Shown here: piece after piece, positions 1-10,789 of the stretch
How the letters are laid out: every line of letters begins with the position of its first letter
Position numbering within the stretch: position 1 is the first letter of the stretch
Origin: Nemertoderma westbladi
Taxonomy: Eukaryota > Animalia > Xenacoelomorpha
Length of the DNA stretch: 52,933 nucleotides
Direction: 5' to 3'
Assembly (NCBI GenBank): GCA_032718475.1
Contig: JAUCBJ010002890.1
Span: forward strand, 1-52,933
Notes under the pieces: model-generated
What the model was told of the DNA's origin: nothing
Databases searched by the model: none
What the model saw: the letters and a program-made list of their open reading frames with translations, nothing else
Made by a program: the position numbers and the translations under genes

Positions 1-115
1 TCGTGTTAGCCATGAGGGCTCGTCTTAGCTATCATGTGGGCTCGTGTTAGCTATCATGTGGGCTCGTCTTAGCTATCATGAGGACTCGTGATAGCTATCA
101 TGAGGGCTCATGTTG
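1..115. repeat. Short tandem repeat, ~22-23 bp unit (GGGCTCGT(G/C)TTAGCTATCATG), cut by the window edge
   Basis: About five imperfect copies visible from base 1. Confidence 0.8.
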
Positions 116-159
116 GTAACACGTATTTTTTTCATGTCCCCTCCCGGGCTCCGTAAATT

Positions 160-400
160 CTTGAATAAAAAGCAAACAATCAGTGCTGAAATTAAACCAA
201 CGTTTGTACGTATGCAGTCCGTCAAGGGTTTAGAAAAAATCTGATGTTTGTCAATAATGAGTCAGTCTGTCTGTCGGTACCGGTAGTTTCAGACTTTGGA
301 TAAAAACCGAAATAAGTCGGTCAATCATGGAGTAGATGAAATTAAATCAAACTTGGTACGTACGTACTGTCTCGTGCTGTGCGAAGGCCCCACAAACGTG
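160..400 (+). mobile_element. Partial copy (right end) of the HINE/DINE-like non-autonomous element family also at 20077-20387 and 49968-51539
   Basis: Ends TCGTGCTGTGCGAAGGCCCCAC (cf. 51511 CGTGCTGCGCGAAGGCCCCAC). Segments GTTTAGAAAAAATCTGA and AAACTTGGTACGTAC match the reverse complement of 20196-20245. Confidence 0.6.
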
Positions 401-480
401 TTGTATTGTTTTAGGCTATTTACAATAGTTGTGTAGGACTACAATACCGGCACAATAAGTTGACAACTCATGTGTTTGAT

Positions 481-550
481 GGGAGCTCCTTGATAGCTTG
501 ACGGCTCGATGACAGCTCCTTGATAGCTTGACGGCTCGATGACAGCTCCT
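481..550. repeat. 30-bp tandem duplication (~2.3 copies)
   Basis: AGCTCCTTGATAGCTTGACGGCTCGATGAC repeated. Confidence 0.85.
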
Positions 551-857
551 TTCAATCAATTTCTGCGGCTGAGATTTCGTTTGTAGTGCGTAGGCCTACT
601 GTAGAGTGTAGATCACTTTGTTTAACAGGCAAATACAAAAACGTAATTTGAAAATTTCTAGGAAGGATACAACATAATATAACTGCTCTACAGACGGAAA
701 GAGATTTAATAGAAATAAATCATTGTATTTTCTAATATCCAATGCCATATGTGACTGTGACACATGTGTTAAAAGTACTATTGTATTCAGTCCATTTTAT
801 GATCAAGTTTATGAGGTTTCCTCGCTATACAGTATTGGGCCAACCTATTTTATTTAG

Positions 858-986
858 CGACAGACTCTACACCAACCGAATCGGCTTTGACCAACCAATA
901 CGTGTATCGGATCCCTGTGACAAGCTAGACCTACTGCAAGACGTATTCCTCGGCGTGGCCGTGGATACTTCGACGGCACTAATGCG
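858..986 (+). CDS. Possible isolated 129-bp host exon (DRLYTNRIGFDQPIRVSDPCDKLDLLQDVFLGVAVDTSTALM)
   Basis: GC-richer unique island after acceptor-like TTTTATTTAG. One frame is open and it ends at CG|GTTTCT just before satellite A. No recognisable homology. Confidence 0.25.
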
Positions 987-992
987 GTTTCT

Positions 993-3900
993 TGAAGTTC
1001 CGTGGCTACCGGTACCCATGTACCCGGTATATCCCATGTTATCTGAAGTTCCGTGGCTACACCATGTACATCCCATGTTATCTGAAGTTCCGTGGCTACA
1101 CCATGTATAGGTCGATCATATGTTCTCTGGAGTTCCGTGGCTACACCATGTACATATATCCCATGTTATCTGAAGTTCCGTGGCTACACCATGTATATTG
1201 TAAGCGGATTCAATTCCACTTCATTACCCACCAGAAAAAGGGATAGTGGCATTTTCAGCAATATGTTGGAGATACGAGATTACCAATATCAATCTCGTAT
1301 CACAACCAACATTGGGGGGGGGGGGGGGGGGCAACACAAGCCCCAAAGCCACATAGAAAGGAAGGTGAGAGGTATTAAGTGGCACAATTCAGCCACCGTA
1401 CAAACCACCTCGAAGGGAATACAGCTAGTAGAGGCTAGCAGCAGAGGGGAAACACTCCCAGAGAGTGCCAAGGTGACAAGTAGTATATTAGCCAATAGAG
1501 GGGAGGGAAGGGAAGCACGTGATAGGGAACAGGAAAGCATCCATTGGGTAGAAGGCCAAAGTAGAGTAGGAAGTGAAACAATATTCAGTGTATCAGTTAT
1601 ATATTATCAGATTGTTGGATTGGTATATCAGTTGTGTTATTCACTTTGGTGCAGACCGGTAATAATTATTGACTGTCATCGGCACTATCATACCGGTAAC
1701 CAGTTTATCTGTATTTCTGCTGTTATTCAGTGTGCTATCATCGGACATTTTTCTAACATCAAGAGACAACAGTAACTCTATTGTTTTTCCCCAACGGCCT
1801 CGGCCAAAGCTGTTAGCACCATCCCCAAGCAGAACGGTGACGCGTACTACAATTACCCGGTTGGGATCCCTGATCCCGTCACATATATTATTTGTTCTCT
1901 GAAGTTCCGTGGCTACACCATGTATATCACATATTCTCTGAAGTTACGTGGCTACACCATGTATAGGTCGATCATATGTTCTCTGGAGTTCCGTGGCTAC
2001 ACCATGTACATATATCCCATGTTATCTGAAGTTCCGTGGCTACACCATGTATATCATTTGTTCTCTGAAGTTCCGTGGCTACACCATGTATATCACATGT
2101 TCTCTGGAGTTCCGTGGCTACACCATGTATATCACATATTCTCTGAAGTTACGTGGCTACACCATGTATAGGTCGATCATATGTTCTCTGAAGTTCCGTG
2201 GCTACACCATGTATATCACATGTTCTCTGAAGTTACGTGGCTACACCATGTATATGACATGTTCTCTGAAGTTCCGAGGCTACACCATGTATAGGTCGAT
2301 CATATGTTCTCTGGAGTTCCGTGGCTACACCATGTACATATATCCCATGTTATCTGAAGTTCCGTGGCTACACCATGTATATCATTTGTTCTCTGAAGTT
2401 CCGTGGCTACACCATGTATATCACATATTCTCTGAAGTTACGTGGCTACACCATGTATATCCCATGTTATCTGAAGTTCCGTGGCTACACCCTGTATATC
2501 ACATGTTCTCTGAAGTTCCGTGGCTACACCATGTATAGGTCGATCATATGTTCTCTGAAGTTCCGTGGCTACACCATGTATAGGTCGATCATATGTTCTC
2601 TGAAGTTCCGTGGCTACACCATGTGTATCCGATGTTATCTGAAGTTCCGTGGCTACACCATGTATAGGTCGATCATATGTTCTCTGGAGTTCCGTGGCTA
2701 CACCATGTACATAGATCCCATGTTATCTGAAGTTCCGTGGCTACACCATGTATATCCCATGTTCTCTGAAGTTCCCTGGCTACACCATGTATATCCCATG
2801 TTATCTGAAGTTCCGTGGCTACACCATGTATATCACATGTTCTCTGAAGTTCCGTGGCTACACCATGTATATCCCATGTTATCTGAAGTTCCGTGGCTAC
2901 ACCCTGTATATCACATGTTCTCTGAAGTTACGTGGCTACACCATGTATATCACATGTTCTCTGAAGTTCCGTGGCTACACCATGTATATCACATGTTCTC
3001 TGAAGTTCCGTGGCTACACCATGTATATTACATGTTATCTGAAGTTCCGTGGCTACACCATGTATATCACATGTTCTCTGAAGTTCCGTAGCTACACCAT
3101 GTATATCATAATGTTCTCTGAAGTTCCGTGGCTACACCATGTATATCACATGTTCTCTGCTGAAGTTCCGTGGCTACACCATGTTGTATATCACATGTTC
3201 TCTGAAATTCCGTGGCTACGCCATGTATGTGACATGTTCTCTGAAGTTCCATGGCTACACAATGTATATGACATGTTCTCTGAAGTTCCGTGGCTACACC
3301 ATGTATAACACATATTCTCTGAAGTACCGTGGCTACACCATGTTGTATATCACATGTTCTCTGAAATTCCGTGGCTACACCATGTATAACACATATTCTC
3401 TGAAGTACCGTGGCTACACAATGTAAGTACTGCATATCCCATGTTCTCTGAAGTACCGTGGCTACACCATGTAAGTATATCACATGTTCTCTGAAGTTCC
3501 GTGGCTACACCATGTATATCACATGTTTTCTGAAGTACCGTGGCTACACCATGTATATCCCATGTTCTCTGAAGTACCGTGGCTACACCATGTAAGTATA
3601 TCACATGTTCTCTGAAGTTCCGTGGCTACACCATGTATATCACATGTTTTCTGAAGTACCGTGGCTACACCATGTATATCCCATGTTCTCTGAAGTTCCG
3701 TGGCTACACCATGTACATCCCATGTTCTCTGAAGTACCGTGGCTACACCATGTAAGTATATCACATGTTCTCTGAAGTTCCGTGGCCACACCATGTATAT
3801 CCCATGTTCTCTGAAGTACCGTGGCTACACCATGTAAGTATATCACATGTTCTCTGAAGTTCCGTGGCTACACCATGTAAGTATATCCCATGTTCTCTGA

Positions 3901-5240
3901 AGTTCCGTGGCTACACCATGTATATCACATGTTCTCTGAAGTTCCGTGGCTACACCATGTATAGGTCGATCATATGTTCTCTGGAGTTCCGTGGCTACAC
4001 CATGTATAGGTCGATCATATGTTCTCTGAATTTCCGTGGCTACACCATGTATATCCCATGTTCTCTGAAGTTCCCTGGCTACACCATGTATATCACATGT
4101 TCTCTGAAGTTCCGTGGCTACACCATGTAAGTATATCCCATGTTCTCTGAAGTTCCGTGGCTACACCATGTATATCACATGTTCTCTGAAGTTCCGTGGC
4201 TACACCATGTATAGGTCGATCATATGTTCTCTGAAGTACCGTGGCTACACCATGTAAGTATATTACATGTTCTCTGAAGTTCCGTGGCTACACCATGTAA
4301 GTATATCCCATGTTCTCTGAAGTTCCGTGGCTACACCATGTATATCACATGTTCTCTGAAGTTCCGTGGCTAAACCATGTATAGGTCGATCATATGTTCT
4401 CTGAAGTTCCAAGGCTACACCATGTATATCCCATGTTCTCTGAAGTTCCCTGGCTACACCATGTATATCACATGTTCTCTGAAGTTCCGTGGCTACACCA
4501 TGTATATCCCATGTTCTCTGAAGTACCGTGGGTACACCCTGTATATCACATGTTCTCTGGTGTTCCGTGGCTACACCATGTATATCCCATGTTCTCTGAA
4601 GTTCCGTGGCTACACCATGTATATCCCATGTTCTCTGAAGTACCGTGGCTACACCATGTAAGTATATCACATGTTCTCTGGAGTTCCGTGGCTACACCAT
4701 GTATGTATATCACATGTTCTCTGGAGTTCCGTGGCTACACCATGTATGTATATCACATGTTCTCTGGAGTTCCGTGGCTACACCATGTATATCAATCATA
4801 TGTTCTCTAAAGTTTAGTGGCTACACCATGTACATGTTCTCTGAAGTTCCCTGGCTACACCATGTATATCACATGTTCTCTGAAGTTCCCTGGCTACACC
4901 ATGTATATCACATGTTCTCTGAAGTTCCCTGGCTACACCATGTTTATCACATGTTCTCTGGAGTTCCGTGGCTACACCATGTATGTATATCACATGTTCT
5001 CTGGAGTTCCGTGGCTACACCATGTATATCACATGTTCTCTGAAGTTCCCTGGCTACACCATGTATATCACATGTTTTCTGAAGTTCCCTGGCTACACCA
5101 TGTATATCACATGTTCTCTGGAGTTCCGTGGCTACACCATGTATATCCCATGTTCTCTGAAGTTCCCTGGCTACACCATGTATGTATATCACATGTTCTC
5201 TGAAGTTCCTTGGCTACTCCATGTATATCACATGTTCTCT
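993..5240. repeat. Minisatellite A, ~39-bp core unit TGAAGTTCCGTGGCTACACCATGTATATCACATGTTCTC (41-45 bp variants), interrupted by a solo LTR
   Basis: Continuous tandem copies. Explains the FRGYTMY / VPWLHHV ORFs. Confidence 0.97.
1199..1883 (+). mobile_element. Solo LTR (685 bp) of the same family as the element-2 LTRs
   Basis: TGTAAGCGGATTC...GATCCCGTCACA (TG...CA). 5-bp TSD TATAT at 1194-1198 and 1884-1888. Aligns end to end with 32489-33124 and 40866-41480. Confidence 0.95.
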
Positions 5241-5667
5241 CTCTCTCTCGCTTAAACAGTTCCACATCCTAAATACGACCTCCAGTGTCGTTCCGAATTA
5301 TTTTCCTTTATCTCACCGTTTCGTTTATCTCACTGGTAGTCAAAAATATAGATACTGAACTTGATTACTGTATGTTGCCGTTATTCCCGACACCATGGGG
5401 GAAAAACGCCGATGCTGGAGGCGGAACTTTTAGACCACGGAATTCCGGCCAGTCACCGGATATTGGGAGTGGAGAAGGAATACTTTCTTAAATGTAAGAT
5501 CGCGGTTGAGAAAAAGTTGCATTGGTTCGATATAATCTTTAATGTAACTTCCCTACGGTTGAATCTTGATTGAGAATAAGTTGGGCTTCCCCAAACCAAT
5601 ATACACAAAATATTCACAATAATATATGACAATATAAATCCCTACAGTACATTATTTAATTACCCAC

Positions 5668-6774
5668 TGTTCGCTTTAGATTTTAACCTAACTAACGTTC
5701 CCCATTTTCCCTCGGTCCTAGTCTCAGTACCGTAGTGTCGGTGTCGGTCGACCCTGTTGCGTGTCCGTCCCACCCTTGCTGAACCCCGGAAGGATCGGTG
5801 CATCAGGAAAGCGGTACGGCTTGGCTAGGGGTCTGTCAAGTCGGTGGACCCGTTTGCGTGTCCGTCCCACCGTTCCCGAACCCCGAAGGGATCGGTCATC
5901 AGGAAAGCGGTACGGCTTGTCTAGGGGTCCGTCGGTTCATTACAGGGACCCAACCACCTAAGCTTTCCGAATCCTTTTCAGGCTCGTAGTCGCTTCGGTA
6001 GCCGAGAAGCTGCTCCGAACAGTCGGTAGGCCAGTAGAGTCTGGTCCTTTGTCTTTCGACCCCATTGCGTGTCCGTCGCACCCTTCCTGAACCCCGAAGG
6101 GATCGGTCATCAGGAAAGCGGTACGGCTTGGCAAGGGGTCTGTCAGCCCGTCGTGAGTCCCAACGGTTGGTGGTTTTCCGTGTCCTTATTCAGGCTCGTA
6201 CTAACGCCGGTCGTGGAACCCACTCCAGGAAGGCAGTCCTTGTCGAAACCTTCCTCCGTTAGTCGGTCGACCCGTTGCAAGTCCCTGGCGTATGTCGGCA
6301 AGCTTTCCGAGTCCTTATTCAGGCTCGTAATAACTGCCGGCAACCAGGGACCGCTAAGGATCTGTCTGTTGGTTCCTGTTGCAAATCCCTGACACAAGCA
6401 GCAGACTTTCCGAGTCCTTATTCAGGCTCGTAATAACTACTGTTGGCCAGGGACCGCTAAGGGCAGTCCTTGTCCCTAGGCCTAGTGAGTTACCAAATCC
6501 ACCTCTACAGGCAGCAGGAAGTTGGCTAGGCCTAATAGTATTCAGACAAACCTGAGTACTGCTTAACTTTGCCTCCCACCCCTGGCCCTTAAATATCTGA
6601 CATGAGTCCCGTACCCCGTAAGTCGCCCCAATATTCGCCCGTAAATCGTCCCCAGTCCATTGAATGTGCCCGAATTCCATGTTCCCGCACCCAGTATTGA
6701 TATTGGAATATTCATTTCAAATAAATCCAAAAAATATTCAACTCGCGTTAAGAAAAGTTGAAATACCGCGAACA
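5668..6774 (-). repeat. 3' LTR of element 1 (1107 bp) with internal tandem repeats
   Basis: Perfect 7-bp terminal inverted repeat TGTTCGC (5668-5674)...GCGAACA (6768-6774). Preceded on the minus strand by GGGGGGGAC. Contains three ~100-bp repeats (from ~5757, ~5855, ~6066) and four TTCCG..TCCTT(A/T)TTCAGGCTCGTA repeats. Confidence 0.75.
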
Positions 6775-6783
6775 GTCCCCCCC
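6775..6783 (-). other. Polypurine tract (G7AC) of element 1
   Basis: Plus-strand GTCCCCCCC directly abuts the LTR terminus. Confidence 0.7.
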
Positions 6784-6951
6784 AATGACCTTTGTGAGGT
6801 CTATCGGTAGATCGAGCTTGCGTAGGTCATTTCCCATATAAAAAACCCAAATTTTAATATTGCATAGTCTTGATTAATTTTTCCTAGAGTTAGTTTATGT
6901 AAATATACAAATAAATGTTCGATATAAATGTCTCTGGAATATCCTGGTCCT

Positions 6952-9542
6952 CTATTTCTTACTCTGATACGCCTTTCTCCTCATCCCCCTTCTACTCTCG
7001 TCGATCTCCAGTACTGGTAGGGGAGCATCAACGTCCATCGCGATCATCGCTTCAGCTTGTCTCCTGGCGGCTCTTCCCTTAGATGGTAGCGGGATCATAT
7101 CCGTCCGTCTCTCCAACTCGGTAGTGCGTACCTCTAGGAACCACTTTCCGTCACCGAATTCTTCCTTATAGGAGTATAAACGCCTAAGGATCTCGAAGGG
7201 GCCGAATAATCCAGTGCTTAATAATAGATCCACGTAATGGAATGGTAGCGTCGCTGTCCTATGGAGGCATTCTGGGAACGAGAAGTACCCACACGCCATC
7301 TCTTGCGCGATATTTCGAGCGCTTCTCTGCACTTTGGTCTTTATGTGGTTATTGGCGTAGGTTTCGAACATAACCATATTTCCCATAGCTGTTACATCCT
7401 TCTTAGGACACATTATGTTACAACAGGGGCTTGCGGAATGTCCACGGAAGCCGCATTCTGTGCAGAGGTTGTAAAGGATAGGACAAACCGAAACATCGTG
7501 GCCCGATAGGGACAGTAAAGTATCCCAAGGAGCTGGAGGCACGAATCGGTAACCCGATTTCTCCTTCCGGGTGGACACTGCTCCAAACCGCAGTTTCCGC
7601 ACACCTCCAGTTGCATCTCCCGGCTGAAGAATATCGGAATCGGTACGCTGGCGTAATACTCCAGTCGTCGGTCGCTTTTGGGTATACTCGCCGTGGCCGG
7701 TAGCCCGCGGAAAGCTGGGCTTTGGCATAGTATGTTCTCATTTCAATAACCTTCTTTATATCCTGCCGGTCGCATCCCGGGCGCCCGTTTCTGGTGGTGG
7801 ATCCATTCGGTCTGTTCGGCGTACCATCGGGTAAGTCACATAGGGTCTTGTGGAACGGAAGGGGCCGTTGCCACAGCTGGTCGGCGAAGAGGTGCCGGGG
7901 CGTTCGCCGGAGGAATTCCGAGGAGATCTACGGGAGTCGGAGCAATGCTGGGACCCTTTGCAACCTGTATCGCTGAGCGGGTCCGTTGGGTGCTGGTACT
8001 CGGGATCTCCGAAGACCAGTCTTCTCCCCCCGGGAACGGATATGGAGACAACCTCTGGCATATGTTGCCGAAGTCATTCAGCGCGAAGGTGGTTACTAGC
8101 TCCCTAGCAGGACTACCGGAGCCAAGTGGGGTGGATACGCCTGCTTCCGTCGCAGGTTCGGCCGAGGCGAGCCGTTTGGCAGCTGGTTCGTACGCGACTT
8201 CCGGATCGAGTTGTCGCTTTGGGGTGGACAGTAGAACACCTTCCTGTAGCCATAATTCCTCCCCATCCGAAGATATCAGTGGTTCCTCTGCACCGAGGAG
8301 ATCAGCAATCGTAGGGATGTCGAACAGTCCATTCTCGTCCCAGGATGTGATGACGTGGAGCGTTTTCGTCTTTCCCGGTGGAATATTCTCTACCGCTTTG
8401 AACGCGTGGTCGATAACTTCGTTCCACTCATAGTCGATAAAGGATCTAGGAACCGCATTAATGAGATTATCGAGAGTCTTACAGATGAACTTGGCAACTG
8501 TGTATGATTCCATTACGACGTATATATAGTTCCGTCGATCCGGATTCTCCCACTTGTGGTGGATCATCCACTTTCTTTCTACGTCCTTCCAATGACTCTC
8601 TCGCTCACTCTTTATCTCTAATTCCGGGTACCCACCATATATCTTATTATAATCCTGGAATTTCTGAGGTTTAAAGTCTATACCGCCGTTTAGCACCGCG
8701 AGGTAGCCGATACCGGATTTCGTCGGTCTCACCTCCCGGAATCCGCGCATGAATTCTGTGGATCGCAACCATGCTAACAGTGTTTGGGTGTCGACGCAAT
8801 GACTAATGGCGTTGAGATCTTCTCGAAAGTTTCTTCCGAAAGGAGCGTTATTGTAGTTGTTTCGGAGGTCCGCCTTTATATCCGACCCAATTTTAATGAC
8901 ATCGAAATCGAATAGGATCTGTTGGATCTCCGGTGGTAATAGCCAGACCGCTCCGGCTGTCCGCACCTCCTGTTTGGGTGTCGGGAATATTCGACATATC
9001 AACACCAGACCATCTAGGGTTCCGAGGATGATGACCAATGATCGACCGTATTCCTTCGTCCCATACTTCTCCTGGTAGTCGTCGCGATTCTGGATAACTG
9101 ATATACGTTCCTCTCTCAGCGTCGCTGTACACTCCGCTAGGTTTCCCCAGTGGGTGAGGTACATACTCTTGTCATCGACGAAACTTTGGCATCGCGCCAA
9201 CGTAATCGCTTTCGAGGTGGGTGTTGCGTTTCCCTCGTTGTCGTATATCAAGCATCGGGATTTGTAGACGCTTTGCCGGAACGTATCCCAGAACGACAAC
9301 TCCGCTCCTCCGGTTGCCTTTGTGTTCCGAGTTCTTTTCAGGCTCGTACTAACATCGGTCAACTGGAGCTCTCATAGATTACGGGAATCCGGTCCCTCTC
9401 GCCCGGAGAATTTAATGATTCGCATATTCTCGGTTATCAGGGCGTTCCATTCTATATCAAATTTAGGAGATCCAGGCTGTGGATATTCCAGTAAATCTAG
9501 TGTATTACGTAGTTCGCCGAGAATTTGGCGATTTGGGTCCAT
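6952..9542 (-). pseudogene. Accessory ORF of element 1: WRN/EXD-like 3'-5' exonuclease-like domain, acidic/Pro linker and Cys/His zinc-knuckle cluster (~860 codons when repaired)
   Basis: Read by hand, one frame runs from ATG 9542 through the 7836-9362 ORF to CGNCGLEQC...CPY, broken only by TGA at 9372, 7836 and 7743. A frameshift near 7505 leads into GHDVSVCPILYNLCTECGFRGHSASPC. Exonuclease-like motifs: LPPEIQQILFDFDVIKIGSDIKADL, CVDTQTL, GIGYLAVLNGGIDFKP, W..P.RRNYIYVVME. Confidence 0.7.
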
Positions 9543-10096
9543 ATTTTCAATTATGTCCGTTGCAAATTTAAGTAAGTTAATTATAAATCCAGAAAGTCTG
9601 ATTCTATAGTGACTGCAGAATAATTCAGTTTATTTGTAATTCAGTTTATTAATTATTATTGCTATATAGGCATCTACCATCTTATTGCTACTACATTCAG
9701 TATTTACAGTTACTATAGCTATACAATTATATCCAACCAGTTTTGACTTTTTATGTCCTCTTCTTTTTCCAATTATTTTCCTTTCTACATTTTATACATT
9801 TTTTTGTCTTTTTTTTATTTCTCATTTATTACTCATTTCACATTTCATTATTTCTTTCCACATTTCATCATTTATTTCCACATTACATCATTTATTTCAC
9901 ATTTATTACACATTTCATTTATTTCCACATTTCATCATTGGGGTTATATCCCCCCGGCTATCATCATTTGTTATAAGCACAGCACCAGGGTGCGCATCAT
10001 TACATTTTCTTTCAGTTTATAGTAAGGTTGTCTGTTTCTTTTCATCATTTCCAACTACATTCAACCATCTTCTTTGGGAAATTTTCGTTGTTGAAG

Positions 10097-10520
10097 GGGT
10101 GTTACGTGGCAATCTGGGATCTACAGCTGGGCTAGTTACACCGCCTATGCCCCAAACTGCACACGTAACGGACAATGAAGACGCTAGGAGTGAAGTCACG
10201 TGGAATGCACCAGGGACCCACCAGAATAACACTCCCAACAACATAAAGCTCAGCCGACGAAGTCATGTGGGATGGGGTTACGTAACATTCTGGGATCTAC
10301 AGCTGGACTAGTTACACCGCCTACGCCCCAAAATCCACGCAACGGTCCCACCAGAATAAAACGACTGAGAAACATAAAACCTCTATCGGCGAAGTCATAT
10401 GGATGCACCATGGACCCACCAGAATAACGGGATAGAGGGGGTGTTGCATGGCAATCCGGGATCTACAGCTGGACTAGTTACACCGCCTACGCCCCGAACT
10501 GCGCACGCAACGGACAACAC
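10097..10520. repeat. Three ~80-170-bp imperfect direct repeats in the integrase-to-accessory-ORF spacer
   Basis: GGGATCTACAGCTGG(G/A)CTAGTTACACCGCCTA(T/C)GCCCC recurs at ~10116, ~10291 and ~10458. Confidence 0.85.
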
Positions 10521-10789
10521 AATACAACACAATGGATACAATGAATTCCACTTCAAATCTTTTCCATTTCCAATAATCCAATATAGTTGGTCCTGATGAC
10601 CAAAATCAGGGTGAACAATACATAAACTACCCTGTGTCAGTCGAAACATCTGCAGGGTGATGCTGGACTCCACATAACACATGAGGAAACACAAATACCA
10701 TTGCGTGGTTACAGATGGTTTAAGGGGGGTCCATTATTCATTGTCGATAAAGAACATTTTAAAGAGTTTGTCAACAGGATGGGAAGGGT

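Noticed and set aside
1092-1775. 227-aa ORF across the solo LTR
   Set aside because: Starts in satellite sequence, runs through a poly-G of variable length, and is disrupted by indels in the other two LTR copies.
992-5255. Many long ORFs (FRGYTMY / VPWLHHV repeats) and a superficial CRISPR-like repeat-spacer look
   Set aside because: Translations of a 39-bp satellite. The inter-repeat parts are repeated variants rather than unique spacers, there are no cas genes, and the context is eukaryotic.
5361-5495. Possible host exon (HHGGKTPMLEAELLDHGIPASHRILGVEKEYFLK) ending at a GTAAGA donor
   Set aside because: No well-placed AG acceptor and no recognisable homology, so it cannot be supported without RNA data.
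7836-9362. Possible Env glycoprotein, given its position after integrase
   Set aside because: No signal peptide, fusion peptide or transmembrane anchor. The motifs fit an exonuclease-like fold instead.
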